37,872 nucleotides of DNA, from assembly GCA_043826475.1 (NCBI GenBank), contig JBDRQG010000045.1, positions 1 through 37,872 of the forward strand. Reading direction: 5' to 3'. Below are positions 1-9,173 of the stretch, piece by piece; position 1 is the stretch's first letter, and each line of letters begins with the position of its first letter. The notes beneath the pieces are model-generated. The model had not been told where the DNA came from, ran no database searches, and saw only the letters and a program-made list of their open reading frames with translations. A program made the translations under genes and the position numbers. The stretch comes from a bacterium (GTDB lineage: Bacteria > Zixibacteria > MSB-5A5 > GN15 > FEB-12).

Positions 1-1
1 T

Positions 2-172
2 CTATCTACAAATGATTGGGCTGATTCTATTTATACTGAACGTTACGAAGGGAATTATTGGACATTACCAAGCACTATATCGAGTAATAATGTCAGGATG
101 CGTATATGGGGAGTTGGGTTATACTATGACGAATCCGATGCTCCCTTCACAATAACCCCGGGGACAAAGTAA
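2..172 (+). CDS. 3' end of an upstream gene (partial, 56 codons plus TAA). Probably the small beta-sandwich C-terminal domain of a secreted protein.
   Basis: Frame 2 is open from the window edge to TAA at 170-172 (...YWTLPSTISSNNVRMRIWGVGLYYDESDAPFTITPGTK*). A hairpin terminator follows. It is absent from the ORF track because it has no start in the window. The domain guess rests only on the residue pattern. Confidence 0.45.
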   Translation, partial: LSTNDWADSIYTERYEGNYWTLPSTISSNNVRMRIWGVGLYYDESDAPFTITPGTK

Positions 173-190
173 AGTCTGCTAACATAAACA

Positions 191-222
191 AAAAAGCCAG
201 GTATCAAAACCTGGCTTTTTTA
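191..222. terminator. Bidirectional intrinsic terminator between convergent genes
   Basis: Stem GCCAGGT (196-202) pairs with ACCTGGC (209-215) around a 6-nt loop. An A-run (191-195) and a T-run (216-222) flank it. Confidence 0.8.
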
Positions 223-242
223 TTTAATAAATATCATAAGGA

Positions 243-2468
243 TCAACAAGGAGATGGTGCTGAGCTGCCTTTGAAGATGTAATTGACGAGGTAAATCAGA
301 TCATTTACAAGAATGTTTCCATCTAGAGGGACAGCGCAATCCCCCTCATCCAAACAACCCGGAGCAGAACCACCCTTAAATAAATAATCAACCAGATAAA
401 CCAGATCAGCGACATCAACCGGACCACCGGGACCGATTATACCATCAGCATTCCCTCGGTTCATACAGCAACCGCTGGAATGAAGAACACCCGGTAATGA
501 TTTGATTTGATAATTAATCATAGATCCGTAATAAGTAGGCGTATAAGAGCTGTATCCATCTGTGATGATAAAGTTCGTATCATTAAGAGGAACACTGCTG
601 CTGACAGTAAAAAATACTTTTAACAGCGATCCATAACCATTGGAAAGTTCCGGCTGGCTTCCATCATTAGAACTGATCAGGGCATAGGTTTTGCGTTTTA
701 CCCAGATATCGGAATGAATAGCTTTTACACTATCAAAATAATCCGTCCGGCATCCTACGGTTGAAACCGAGTCGAGATAAAGATTAAAAGGTCCACCATA
801 TTCTATCGGAATCGTAATATACCGAGTAGGACAAGTATTATAAGCAGAAATTGTAACACAAACTTTTGATCCTGCAGAACAGAATGATGTATCACCAATG
901 AGGGTATCCCCGATCGAAGCTATATAATTATGTTTGGTATTTTGTAAGATATCTCCGGCAGCATCAATTTCAAGCTTCACATCGAATAATCCCCGTTCAT
1001 TAAATGTATGCGATGGAGATTGTATAAAGGCAGAATCACCGTCACCAAAATCCCATGTCCAGGAATCGGGGATTAGCTTTGAAGTGGCAGTGAAATTAAT
1101 ATCAATCGGCGTCCAACCAAAACAGGTGTCTGCTTCAAATTCTACTCCCTGCATAGCCAGAGCTTTTAAACAGAAATTGGCGGTGTTATTAAAGTAATAT
1201 AAATCATGCCACTCACCGTTTTGAAAATAAAAACTCTCGCCTGGATTTGAAGCCGAGACTACCTCAGATCGGTACTTAGCTCCCAGCAGCACAGGAACAT
1301 CAGAGGTACGATCGTAAGGCTGACCACCATGCGAAAGTGATAGATAGACATAAAAGGTATCATCACTATCAACATTAAACTGATTATCCAGATCAATGGT
1401 ATGAAACCCAGAATGTTCTATAGTTCCTGACATTGATGATAGCGGTTCAGAGAGATCACCATTACTGAATTTATCATAAATAATAACATTATAATTTACA
1501 TTTTCTGCTGCAGTAAAAAAACTGACGGCTTGTATCTTTTGTCCACCTTTCCCGATAAAGGTATTAAATGCTTCGCTTACATCGGTTTTAGTATCACGCC
1601 AACCATGGTAGTCATGATAATAGACGTAATCATAAGGCATTGGCCCCACACCCTGAAAAGAAATTGCTCCCATCTCGGGATGCTGACCGCAGTGTTTGTC
1701 ATAGTATGAGATCCAGAAATATCCTTGATATCCCCAGCCTGTCCCCCAGCTGTTTTTAACCAGCCAGGCTCCATTTAACGGGGCTTGTGTATCCCGGTTA
1801 TCATCCCAACCGATAATAGCCACCGCATGGTTGGGATCATTGTAATCTGATGGTGGTTGATAATGGTTATAATATCCATCCAAAAATGATCCACTGGAAT
1901 ATAAACAGGTTCCAATGACACCATTTGACATTATTTTTTCTTTGATAGTATTAATATTACTCAAATTCGATCCGGCTACATACCACTCTATATCTTTAGC
2001 ATAGTAATGATGATAACTTTCCAGATTTCTTTCCGGTGGATCATCAAATGATTGGCCATCGATTTCACGCACTGCTCCTTCACCTCGTGAGAGATAGGCT
2101 GCTGTAACCAGATAGTCTCCTCCCTCATGGACAACCAGTCCGCTTCCGGTCGGTGGTGAGGCATCATCATTGTTGTTTTCATTAAACCCGTTCCACCAAT
2201 CCAGATGATACTCAGCCAAAGCCGGCTCTCCCTCTTCACCGGCAGCAGCCCAGGTTCCGGTCATCAGCATATTCCCTTCCATGGCAGCCATAGCGCCATG
2301 TGTCCAGCAGGTTCCTCCCTGCTGAGATTTTACCGTAGTGACGTAGTTCACTCCGCCAACATTTCTTAGATCAAAAGAACTTGGGAGTTGAGCTTTAGCA
2401 GTACTGACATTTAAAAAAAAGGCTAATAAACATAAAAAAACAATACGATATAGCTTTAGATTAATCAT
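243..2468 (-). CDS. Secreted papain-like (C1 family) cysteine peptidase with a C-terminal PKD + cohesin-like + dockerin-like cassette
   Basis: Signal peptide [26 protein letters not shown]. Papain-type catalytic motifs: [10 protein letters not shown] (Cys), [11 protein letters not shown] (His), [10 protein letters not shown] (Asn-Ser-Trp). PKD motif [10 protein letters not shown]...HTF. The tail carries [17 protein letters not shown] and [23 protein letters not shown] lies upstream of the ATG at 2468. Confidence 0.85.
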   Translation of the reverse strand: MINLKLYRIVFLCLLAFFLNVSTAKAQLPSSFDLRNVGGVNYVTTVKSQQGGTCWTHGAMAAMEGNMLMTGTWAAAGEEGEPALAEYHLDWWNGFNENNNDDASPPTGSGLVVHEGGDYLVTAAYLSRGEGAVREIDGQSFDDPPERNLESYHHYYAKDIEWYVAGSNLSNINTIKEKIMSNGVIGTCLYSSGSFLDGYYNHYQPPSDYNDPNHAVAIIGWDDNRDTQAPLNGAWLVKNSWGTGWGYQGYFWISYYDKHCGQHPEMGAISFQGVGPMPYDYVYYHDYHGWRDTKTDVSEAFNTFIGKGGQKIQAVSFFTAAENVNYNVIIYDKFSNGDLSEPLSSMSGTIEHSGFHTIDLDNQFNVDSDDTFYVYLSLSHGGQPYDRTSDVPVLLGAKYRSEVVSASNPGESFYFQNGEWHDLYYFNNTANFCLKALAMQGVEFEADTCFGWTPIDINFTATSKLIPDSWTWDFGDGDSAFIQSPSHTFNERGLFDVKLEIDAAGDILQNTKHNYIASIGDTLIGDTSFCSAGSKVCVTISAYNTCPTRYITIPIEYGGPFNLYLDSVSTVGCRTDYFDSVKAIHSDIWVKRKTYALISSNDGSQPELSNGYGSLLKVFFTVSSSVPLNDTNFIITDGYSSYTPTYYGSMINYQIKSLPGVLHSSGCCMNRGNADGIIGPGGPVDVADLVYLVDYLFKGGSAPGCLDEGDCAVPLDGNILVNDLIYLVNYIFKGSSAPSPC

Positions 2469-2650
2469 AATACCTCCACCCGCTAAGCACAGTTTAAATT
2501 ATGTGTCCTGATAAGACATAATTTATATTATATAGACAATAATTGCAGTATCTTATATATCAATATATGCAAATTATAATATTGGTCAAGTTGATATAAA
2601 TGATTGAGTTAAACAATTTCCAGTTATTATTCAAAACTGGCAGAGATTAC

Positions 2651-2679
2651 TTGAAATAAAAAAACATTATTGTTATTTA
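2651..2679 (+). promoter_or_regulatory. Candidate sigma70-type promoter placing the transcription start at or next to the ATG of the Crp/Fnr gene (leaderless)
   Basis: TTGAAA (2651-2656), a 17-nt spacer, then TATTTA (2674-2679). The ATG at 2686 is 7 nt downstream of the -10 element, and no SD-like purine run precedes it. Confidence 0.3.
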
Positions 2680-2685
2680 TAGGCC

Positions 2686-3363
2686 ATGAATTCAAAAGAG
2701 TTATTAAATAAGTGTACTCTCTTTGCTGAATTAGACAATAAAGAAATAACAGACCTGTCCAACATTGCTCAAATCAGAAATATCAAGAAAAAGACGGTTC
2801 TCTTCTGGGAGGGAGATCAGGCAACCGGGTTCTTTTTATTGTTATCAGGAGGGATGAGAATTTACAAATCCTCATCCGAAGGTAAAGAGTATACTTTGCA
2901 TATCGTTCGCGCCGGACATGTTTTCGCAGAAGCGGCAATTTTCAAAGGAAAAGGTTACCCGGCCAATTGTGTTGCCCTTGAGGATTCGGTTGTTGCCTTT
3001 TTCCCTAAAAATGAATTTATCCAGCTTCTTCAAATCTCGCCGCATATTGCCTTAAAAATAATCGGCGCTCTTTCGTCATGGCTTAGGGATTTTAATCGTA
3101 TGATAGAAGAACTCTCCCTTAAAGAGGTTCCATCCAGATTAGCTTCCTATCTGATTTCCGAATCTGAAAAAATAAATAGCCGCAACTTTACCCTTACCAT
3201 CAGCAAAACCCAATTAGCCACCCGTATAGGGACAATCAGCGAGACCCTATCTCGCACTTTTCGTAAATTCAGGGATGCGGAGATTATTATCGTAAACGGC
3301 AATAAAATCGAAATACTTAATTACGAAGCTCTGGAAGCAATTGCCGATGGAGAAAAAATCTGA
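2686..3363 (+). CDS. Crp/Fnr family transcriptional regulator
   Basis: N-terminal cNMP-binding-type beta-roll (LFAELDNKEI...FWEGDQATGFFLLLSGGMRIY...GHVFAEAAIF). C-terminal HTH (SKTQLATRIGTISETLSRTFRKFRDAEII). It lacks the N-terminal Cys cluster of true FNR. Confidence 0.85.
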   Translation: MNSKELLNKCTLFAELDNKEITDLSNIAQIRNIKKKTVLFWEGDQATGFFLLLSGGMRIYKSSSEGKEYTLHIVRAGHVFAEAAIFKGKGYPANCVALEDSVVAFFPKNEFIQLLQISPHIALKIIGALSSWLRDFNRMIEELSLKEVPSRLASYLISESEKINSRNFTLTISKTQLATRIGTISETLSRTFRKFRDAEIIIVNGNKIEILNYEALEAIADGEKI

Positions 3364-3368
3364 TTATC

Positions 3369-3382
3369 TTGACTTAGATCAA
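3369..3382. promoter_or_regulatory. FNR/CRP-family operator TTGAC-TTAG-ATCAA
   Basis: It matches 9 of 10 positions of the TTGAT-N4-ATCAA palindrome. It lies in the 81-bp gap between the Crp/Fnr gene and the Fe-S gene pair. Its centre (3375.5) is 41.5 bp upstream of position 3417, which sits 7 nt downstream of the -10-like hexamer GATATT (3405-3410). Confidence 0.55.
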
Positions 3383-3444
3383 GGACTAATTCAGGCCAAT
3401 ATCCGATATTCTTATCAGATAAAGAAACCAATAAGGAGCCTGAT

Positions 3445-4185
3445 ATGGCCTTGAGAAAAGTTGTTCTAATAGATGAAGATTTGTGTGATGGCTGTGGCGA
3501 ATGCGTTCCTTCCTGTGCCGAAGGAGCCATCCAGATTATAAATGGCAAAGCCAGACTGGTCGGTGATAATTTATGCGATGGTATGGGAGCCTGTCTTGGG
3601 GACTGCCCGGTGGGAGCGATTACTATTGTAGAGAGAGAAGCGGAAGAGTTTGATGAAACAGCGGTAAAAAAACACCTATCAAAAATAAATACTGACAAAA
3701 CTAAACCTCAACAGATTGCTTCTGCTCCCTCATGTCCCGGATCAATGGCGCGCCAGTTTGGAGCAACAAACAAATCAGCATCTGATGGTATCCCTGCCGG
3801 ACTTCCCTCGCAGCTCAATCACTGGCCAATCCAACTGATGCTTGTTCCTCCTCATGCCCCTTTTCTTAAAGGGGCTGATCTGCTTATTTGTGCCGATTGC
3901 GTTCCCTTTACTGTGCCTGATTTTCATACCCGCTATCTATCCAATCGGGCGATTCTGGTTGGCTGTCCCAAGCTCGATGACCTGAAATTCTATCTGGAAA
4001 AGTTAAAAAATATTTTTAGAGAGGCTCTCCCCTCTAAGATTACCGTTCTTAAAATGGAAGTCCCCTGCTGTAATGGAATCGCTCAGGTTGCACTGATGGC
4101 TCATAAGGAAATCTGCTCTGAAATACCGATTGAAGTTCATACTATTGGTGTCAGAGGGGGAATACTGGAAAAAGCTTTAAGTTGA
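3445..4185 (+). CDS. 4Fe-4S dicluster domain protein (ferredoxin-like N-terminus plus a Cys-containing C-terminal domain of unknown function)
   Basis: Two ferredoxin motifs, CDGCGECVPSCAEGAI and CDGMGACLGDCPVGAI. The C-terminal part has CADCVPF, GCPKLDD and MEVPCCNG. A strong SD (AAGGAG) lies 6 nt upstream of the ATG. Confidence 0.75.
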   Translation: MALRKVVLIDEDLCDGCGECVPSCAEGAIQIINGKARLVGDNLCDGMGACLGDCPVGAITIVEREAEEFDETAVKKHLSKINTDKTKPQQIASAPSCPGSMARQFGATNKSASDGIPAGLPSQLNHWPIQLMLVPPHAPFLKGADLLICADCVPFTVPDFHTRYLSNRAILVGCPKLDDLKFYLEKLKNIFREALPSKITVLKMEVPCCNGIAQVALMAHKEICSEIPIEVHTIGVRGGILEKALS

Positions 4186-4201
4186 ATTTAAAGATGGGGA
4201 G

Positions 4202-5317
4202 TTGGTACTTAATCAAGGTTTTCAAAATATGAGAATTTATACCAGGCCAGTCAGTAAAAACGCTCCGGTTAATCCAGCCCGGACAATTCAGAAAATCCGA
4301 CTGATAGTTCAGTCTGCTTTTGCCCTGTTGTGCATCTGGATAGGGGTAGAGTTTTATTTCTTCATAAAATATTTAGAGACTAACGGTCAATCGGCTTTTG
4401 TCAATCGCCCCCCTGGTGTCGAAGGATTTCTTCCGATCAGTTCCCTGATGAGCCTATACCAATTATTTCTGACAGGGACAATTCATCCTTATCATCCGGC
4501 GGGACTGTTTATCCTCAGTGCCATTATTCTGTTATCACTGGTTTTTGGAAAAGCTTTTTGTTCATGGTTGTGTCCGGTTGGGTTTATATCCGAAGCATTA
4601 GGGGATCTGGGGGAAAAGATTTTTGGCAGAAAAATTAGAACTCCTAATTGGTTGGATTATCCTTTGCGGAGCTTGAAATATTTACTACTCCTCTTTTTTG
4701 TCTATTCCATATTTTTTCTGATGAGCAAAGCAGCTTTGGAAGAGTTCCTGAGCTCTCCTTACAATCTCCTCTCTGATGTAAAAATGTATTATTTCTTTGC
4801 TGATATTTCCCGTTTTTCTTTAATCGTTCTCAGCATTCTATTCCTGCTATCAATTCCCATTCGGAATTTCTGGTGCCGTTATTTCTGCCCTTATGGTGCC
4901 CTATTGGGAGTGACATCGCTAATCAGCCCCAACAAAATCCAGAGAAACGAAGATTTTTGTATTAAGTGCTCCCGTTGCGCCAAAGTCTGCCCATCGTTTA
5001 TTAAAGTGGATAAAATCAAAACCGTTATTTCCGATGAATGCACCTCCTGTATGAATTGTGTTGATAGCTGCCCGGTTTCGAATACTCTGGAATTGAAATT
5101 TGTCCCAACCAAGAGAATGATTTCAACTAAATGGGTAGCTATCGCTGTCGTTGGCATATTTATGGTTGTCACCGGAATTGCCATAATAACCGGTAACTGG
5201 CAGAATAATATTCCAATCGAAGATTATATATTCTATCAGAAAAATATTCATGGCTATGGACATCCAACCAGCACCGATGATATTAAGAAATTAAACGAAG
5301 AGACTAAAAAGAATTAA
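4202..5317 (+). CDS. Polytopic membrane 4Fe-4S binding protein (NapH/MauN/NosR-C-terminal-like)
   Basis: Several TM helices. Membrane-proximal motifs CSWLCPVG and CRYFCPYG. Two ferredoxin motifs, CIKCSRCAKVCP and CTSCMNCVDSCP. The start is uncertain: the TTG at 4202 abuts GGGGAG with no spacer, and ATG at 4229 (MRIYTRP...) is an alternative. Confidence 0.75.
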   Translation: MVLNQGFQNMRIYTRPVSKNAPVNPARTIQKIRLIVQSAFALLCIWIGVEFYFFIKYLETNGQSAFVNRPPGVEGFLPISSLMSLYQLFLTGTIHPYHPAGLFILSAIILLSLVFGKAFCSWLCPVGFISEALGDLGEKIFGRKIRTPNWLDYPLRSLKYLLLLFFVYSIFFLMSKAALEEFLSSPYNLLSDVKMYYFFADISRFSLIVLSILFLLSIPIRNFWCRYFCPYGALLGVTSLISPNKIQRNEDFCIKCSRCAKVCPSFIKVDKIKTVISDECTSCMNCVDSCPVSNTLELKFVPTKRMISTKWVAIAVVGIFMVVTGIAIITGNWQNNIPIEDYIFYQKNIHGYGHPTSTDDIKKLNEETKKN

Positions 5318-5341
5318 GGAGTCACCCTTTCGGATGACTCC
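5318..5341 (+). terminator. Weak hairpin after the Fe-S operon
   Basis: GGAGTCA (5318-5324) pairs with TGACTCC (5335-5341). The downstream T tract is poor. Confidence 0.35.
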
Positions 5342-5672
5342 TATAATCCCCACCTAGTGAAAATACCATTCACCGCCATTTATATATATCTATGTACAAT
5401 AAGATATTGTATCAAGAGTTGTGCCAATTCATATAAATACACATCCTGCGCCACATAACGCATTGACAGATAACAGGATAATTATTCGGATTGATTTCTT
5501 AGAATTAACTGACTTTAAGCCTACTACGCAGATTTTGCGCTACACAAATTTACATTATGGAAACCTCAGATACTATACACATGAAAGACAACAAGATAAC
5601 ATGTGCATATACTGCAGAAGCAGAAAATGTGGTAATATAAAAGAAATAGCCGATTTTAAAGCAAATTCTAAA

Positions 5673-7070
5673 CTATTTCTTTTTTTTGGCTAAATGTACT
5701 GACATCCCATGAACATCATGAGCTGCTTCCATTATCGCTTCCGATAAAACCGGATGACCAAAAATCAACGATCCTAACTGATTAGCTGTCAATCCTCTAT
5801 TTATTGCCAGAGCAGCAGTATGAATAATTTCGGTGGCATGGTTGCCAACTATATGAACCCCAAGTAGTTTATCCGTTTTTGAGTCGGCAATAACCTTAAC
5901 TTCTCCAGCGATTTCATTTTCAGCATGGGCTTTTCCTAAAACCCGCATGGGAAATTTACCAATTGAGATTTCATGGTTTTTGGAAGCATTCTCTTCGGTC
6001 AAACCGACAGTGGCAACTTCGGGATGAGTGAAGATAACCGATGGTACTCCGGTATAATCTTTCTTCATCTTACCCCCCAGAGCATTATCAACGGCGACAT
6101 CACCATCATGAACGGCAGTATAGGCTAAAAGGATTTCTCCACGGACATCGCCGATAGCAAATATGTTTTTGATATTGGTTCGCATGGAATCATCTGTAAT
6201 AATAGAGCCGTTTTTATTTAACTTTACCCCGACTTCTTCAAGGCCGAGGTCTTCGGTATTAAAAGCTCGGCCAACCGCAACCAAAACCTGATTAGCATTG
6301 ATTTCTTTGCCATTTGAGAGAGTAGCTTTGATTCCATCCGTGCCCGGCTCAACTTTATCAACCGAGGTTTTTGTAAGAATATTTACTTTTAATTTTTTAA
6401 GTTCTCGTTCAAATTGTTTTCCGACACCCGAATCTTCAAGAGGCAGAGCCTGATCCAGTATTTCGACAACCGTAACTTTTACTTCCAATAAGGCCAGCAT
6501 ACAGGCCCATTCACAACCAATAACACCAGCTCCAATTATTAACATTGATTCTGGGAGATTCTCCGCTTCCAGTAAATGATCGGTATTGATAATTCTTTTG
6601 CCATCAATTGGGAAAATCGGAAGGTTACGGGAGCGTGATCCGGTAGCAATAATAATATTATCAGTTTTGAGCTTGATTTCCGTACCATCTTCCTGAGTGA
6701 CAGTCACTTCATTTTTACCGGTAATTCTGCCAAATCCATTAATATGCTCGACCCCATGTGATTTAAACAGCTGAGAGATCCCCCCTACAAGCATATCCAC
6801 GATTTTGTTTTTCCTCGTAAGCATATTAGGCCAATTGTAAACGGGAGGAGTGGCCAGATCTATTCCAAAACTGTCAGCCGATTTCATTTTCTGGTACTGC
6901 TCTGCAGATGCAATTAGGGCTTTGGAAGGAATACAGCCCCGATTCAGACAGACACCGCCCAATTTATCAACTTCGACAACAGCAACTTTGGCACCTTTTA
7001 TAGCAGCTTTGATTGCTGCCGTATATCCACCCGGCCCGCCGCCGATAATGACTATATTATAATTAGCTAT
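5673..7070 (-). CDS. lpd: Dihydrolipoyl dehydrogenase (E3). The N-terminus is extended beyond the ORF-track TTG to a non-canonical ATA start.
   Basis: Redox-active disulfide GGVCLNRGCIPSK, NAD fold IIGAGVIGCEWA, C-terminal HPVLSE interface motif. The FAD fold IVIIGGGPGGYTAAIKAA is encoded at 6963-7055, upstream of the first canonical start. AAGGAG (7079-7084) lies 8 nt upstream of ATA (7068-7070), and an in-frame TAA sits at 7086-7088. Confidence 0.85.
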   Translation of the reverse strand: MANYNIVIIGGGPGGYTAAIKAAIKGAKVAVVEVDKLGGVCLNRGCIPSKALIASAEQYQKMKSADSFGIDLATPPVYNWPNMLTRKNKIVDMLVGGISQLFKSHGVEHINGFGRITGKNEVTVTQEDGTEIKLKTDNIIIATGSRSRNLPIFPIDGKRIINTDHLLEAENLPESMLIIGAGVIGCEWACMLALLEVKVTVVEILDQALPLEDSGVGKQFERELKKLKVNILTKTSVDKVEPGTDGIKATLSNGKEINANQVLVAVGRAFNTEDLGLEEVGVKLNKNGSIITDDSMRTNIKNIFAIGDVRGEILLAYTAVHDGDVAVDNALGGKMKKDYTGVPSVIFTHPEVATVGLTEENASKNHEISIGKFPMRVLGKAHAENEIAGEVKVIADSKTDKLLGVHIVGNHATEIIHTAALAINRGLTANQLGSLIFGHPVLSEAIMEAAHDVHGMSVHLAKKKK

Positions 7071-7147
7071 TTTGATCTCTCCTTTTTAAAAGACAACATT
7101 GCCAATAATAAATACTAAATTGATATAATGGCAAGTAAGTTCCGCAT

Positions 7148-7181
7148 AAAAAAAGCCGATCCGCAATTTGGATCGGCTTTT
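7148..7181 (-). terminator. Intrinsic terminator of the lipoprotein/OMP operon
   Basis: AGCCGATCC (7154-7162) pairs with GGATCGGCT (7070-7078 of this block, i.e. 7170-7178). On the minus strand a run of 7 T follows (A-run 7148-7154 on plus). Confidence 0.8.
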
Positions 7182-7198
7182 GAATAGATAAAAATTGA

Positions 7199-7750
7199 TT
7201 AATAACCAGCTGTGAAAGTTATGACAATGTTAACTGAATCAATGTGGATATTGGTTGTATCAGAAATATTCGAAAAGGCGAAAAATTTCATCTCGCCAGC
7301 TTCAAGCAAATCCTTAATCTTATCAACATTTCTAACATATTCTAGTGATTGGCCGTAGCTAATAAACTGTTGTCCGCCTGATTTTAGCGGTAAAGATTCC
7401 AATACAAGGGTAGCATTTTGGGCAACCTCGCTTCTCGTTGATAAACCGCTCAGGGTAGAACCAGCGCCATCCAAATAGACATCGTATTCCTGATCAGTTG
7501 AAGTATTGTTTGTTCCCCAAACCTCAAGACCAATCATATTAATATCTTTGATATTATCAACATGGTCTTCCCAGGTTCCGTCATCACTCATATCAATTGA
7601 TCCATAATAAAAATCATCATACCAGACCAGGGTATCATTTTCGGACAACTGGTAGGTTAGAATCCAGGTACCACTAATAGTGGCGCATCCAACAATAAGG
7701 AGGATAGCGATGCTGCCGAATAAACCGATTTTATTCAATAGTTTTTTCAT
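7199..7750 (-). CDS. Lipoprotein of unknown function
   Basis: Signal peptide with lipobox MKKLLNKIGLFGSIAILLIVG|C. I recognise no family motif. Confidence 0.6.
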   Translation of the reverse strand: MKKLLNKIGLFGSIAILLIVGCATISGTWILTYQLSENDTLVWYDDFYYGSIDMSDDGTWEDHVDNIKDINMIGLEVWGTNNTSTDQEYDVYLDGAGSTLSGLSTRSEVAQNATLVLESLPLKSGGQQFISYGQSLEYVRNVDKIKDLLEAGEMKFFAFSNISDTTNIHIDSVNIVITFTAGY

Positions 7751-7761
7751 GAAGTACCTCC

Positions 7762-8310
7762 TTATATACCAGGATAAAAGTTAATGCCACCGGTGACAGC
7801 AGCAGATTTTCTAGATCCACCACCCTCGGTAGAAACCACAATGGTTCTGCCGCGGAAATCAAGACCTACTTTTGGCGTCACCCCTATCTCAATCCCAAAT
7901 CCAACTGACCATCCCAAATTGGTATTTTCTACACCAGACTGGTCATGTTTGAATTTGTAGGAACCAATCCCCAGAAGGCCATATGGTTTAATCCCTGCTC
8001 CTCCAAATCCACTACCCAGAATAGCATCGATTCCATAAGCATTTAATTTTGCCCCTTCCAGATCGGATTCCACCAAATCTTCAAGTTCGGGATCACCGAA
8101 TTTTATAAAGTACAGATTTGGTTCAATAGCCAAAGCAGGTATCAGCCCTAACTTGGCTTTAAAACCAAAGACTGTTCCCTGTTTTTGATCCTGCTGGACA
8201 ATGGGGAATTCCAAGCCGCCTGAAACGCCTACTCCCCATTTGACACTCCCGGCCTGTATTGCAGGGACAATCAAAAGGATCAGGATAACCCATATGAGAG
8301 TCTTTTTCAC
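7762..8310 (-). CDS. Small outer-membrane beta-barrel protein (OmpX/OmpW-size, about 8 strands)
   Basis: Start re-set to GTG at 8308-8310, 5 nt after GGAGG (8316-8320), giving signal peptide VKKTLIWVILILLIVPAIQA. Alternating Gly/aromatic beta-strand pattern (GVGVSGGLEF, GFKAKLGL, YGIDAILG, WSVGFGIEIG, GLDFRG). The ORF-track start at 8376 adds 22 residues unlike a signal peptide. Confidence 0.6.
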   Translation of the reverse strand: MKKTLIWVILILLIVPAIQAGSVKWGVGVSGGLEFPIVQQDQKQGTVFGFKAKLGLIPALAIEPNLYFIKFGDPELEDLVESDLEGAKLNAYGIDAILGSGFGGAGIKPYGLLGIGSYKFKHDQSGVENTNLGWSVGFGIEIGVTPKVGLDFRGRTIVVSTEGGGSRKSAAVTGGINFYPGI

Positions 8311-8511
8311 GCAATCCTCCAATTTATAAGAGATTACCATTAAATATGTTACTATACCATTCGATGTCAGGTTCATTACTTATTTTAAAATGACTACCCA
8401 CATTATCTTATATAATATAAAGACCATCTGGAGGCAATATTTAAATTTTTTCACGATTTATAAATGCTTGAAAATAAATCGTACTTTTTATAAAAACAGG
8501 CTAAAAAATAC

Positions 8512-8539
8512 TTGACATTTTTCCGATAGTAAGTATTTT
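8512..8539 (+). promoter_or_regulatory. Candidate sigma70-type promoter of the regulator/polyamine operon
   Basis: TTGACA (8512-8517), a 16-nt spacer, then TATTTT (8534-8539). Confidence 0.3.
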
Positions 8540-8599
8540 CTGTGCGGTTTATTAAACATTGATGTAGCTTTAACTGTACACAAAAATACTGGTTTGGGG

Positions 8600-9142
8600 A
8601 TGAAACAGCAAATTGGCGAGAAAATAAAAGCTTTGAGATTAGCTTCAGATTTGACCCAGGAAGAACTAGCCAATAGAGCTCGTTTAACAAGGGGTTTTAT
8701 CTCTCAAATTGAGAATGATCAAAGCTCCATTAATCTGGATTCTCTGGTTGATATCCTTGAAGCTCTCGGCACTACGCTGACTGAATTTTTCTCGGATAAT
8801 TCGTCTCCCCAGGTTGTTTTTAAACCATCGGACAGAATCGCTATTGAAGGTGAAGGAGCCAGCAGTTTTGAGATCTTAGTTCCGGGTTCAACAAATAACA
8901 TGATGAACCCAATGCTTTTGAGATTGAAACCGGGCGAAAAATTAGATGAGATGGAACCAATGCCGGGTGAACAATTCGGCTTTGTTTTAAAAGGTACGAT
9001 AACGTTAAAATTAAAAAATCAGGTGATTGACATTTCCAGTAAAAATTGCTTTTACTTTGAATCGAACCAACACAACCAGATTCTCAACATGAGCGAAAAA
9101 GCTGCTGAATTTTTATGGATAACATCACCACCGCATATGTAA
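8600..9142 (+). CDS. XRE-family HTH plus cupin-domain transcriptional regulator (PuuR-like architecture)
   Basis: HTH_3 pattern IGEKIKALRLASDLTQEELANRARLTRGFISQIENDQ. C-terminal cupin strands (GEQFGFVLKGTITLKL...CFYFESNQHNQ). ATG at 8600 is preferred over TTG at 8594. Confidence 0.8.
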   Translation: MKQQIGEKIKALRLASDLTQEELANRARLTRGFISQIENDQSSINLDSLVDILEALGTTLTEFFSDNSSPQVVFKPSDRIAIEGEGASSFEILVPGSTNNMMNPMLLRLKPGEKLDEMEPMPGEQFGFVLKGTITLKLKNQVIDISSKNCFYFESNQHNQILNMSEKAAEFLWITSPPHM

Positions 9143-9173
9143 GACTTTTCGAAGTCATGGAAAGGAGTGAGAA

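Noticed and set aside
243-461. The shared C-terminal tails as T9SS C-terminal domains or PEP-CTERM/LPXTG-type sorting signals.
   Set aside because: The tails are two short acidic loop-helix repeats, not a beta-sandwich of about 80 aa. They have no PEP or LPXTG motif and no terminal TM helix with a basic tail. A novel sorting role still cannot be excluded.
934-1197. Short ORFs nested antisense or out of frame inside long motif-rich CDSs. Examples: 934-1197, 1577-1774, 1988-2239, 3321-3698, 4891-5184, 6850-7062, 9360-9545, 9729-10157, 10211-10465, 12256-12468, 13456-13862, 19056-19629, 20373-20588, 22485-22926, 24316-24624, 25292-26481, 27956-28228, 28854-29069, 33083-33313, 34600-34854 and 37430-37642.
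   Set aside because: Each lies fully within a CDS on the other strand or frame that has clear family motifs. They have no SD, show low-complexity or odd composition, and carry no recognisable motifs.
5421-5693. A 90-aa GTG-start ORF in the 330-bp spacer downstream of lpd.
   Set aside because: It has no SD and no motifs, and it overlaps the lpd 3' end. Its composition looks like AT-rich intergenic DNA. I also could not recognise any ncRNA structure here.
8451-8690. Two overlapping minus-strand ORFs (8451-8690 and 8488-8673) in the OMP/XRE divergent region.
   Set aside because: They span the promoter region and the 5' end of the XRE-cupin CDS. They have no SD and no motifs.
8709-8722. A second FNR-like box, TTGAGAATGATCAA.
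   Set aside because: It lies inside the XRE-cupin CDS, where it encodes IENDQ of the HTH. It has no promoter context and is most likely a chance match.
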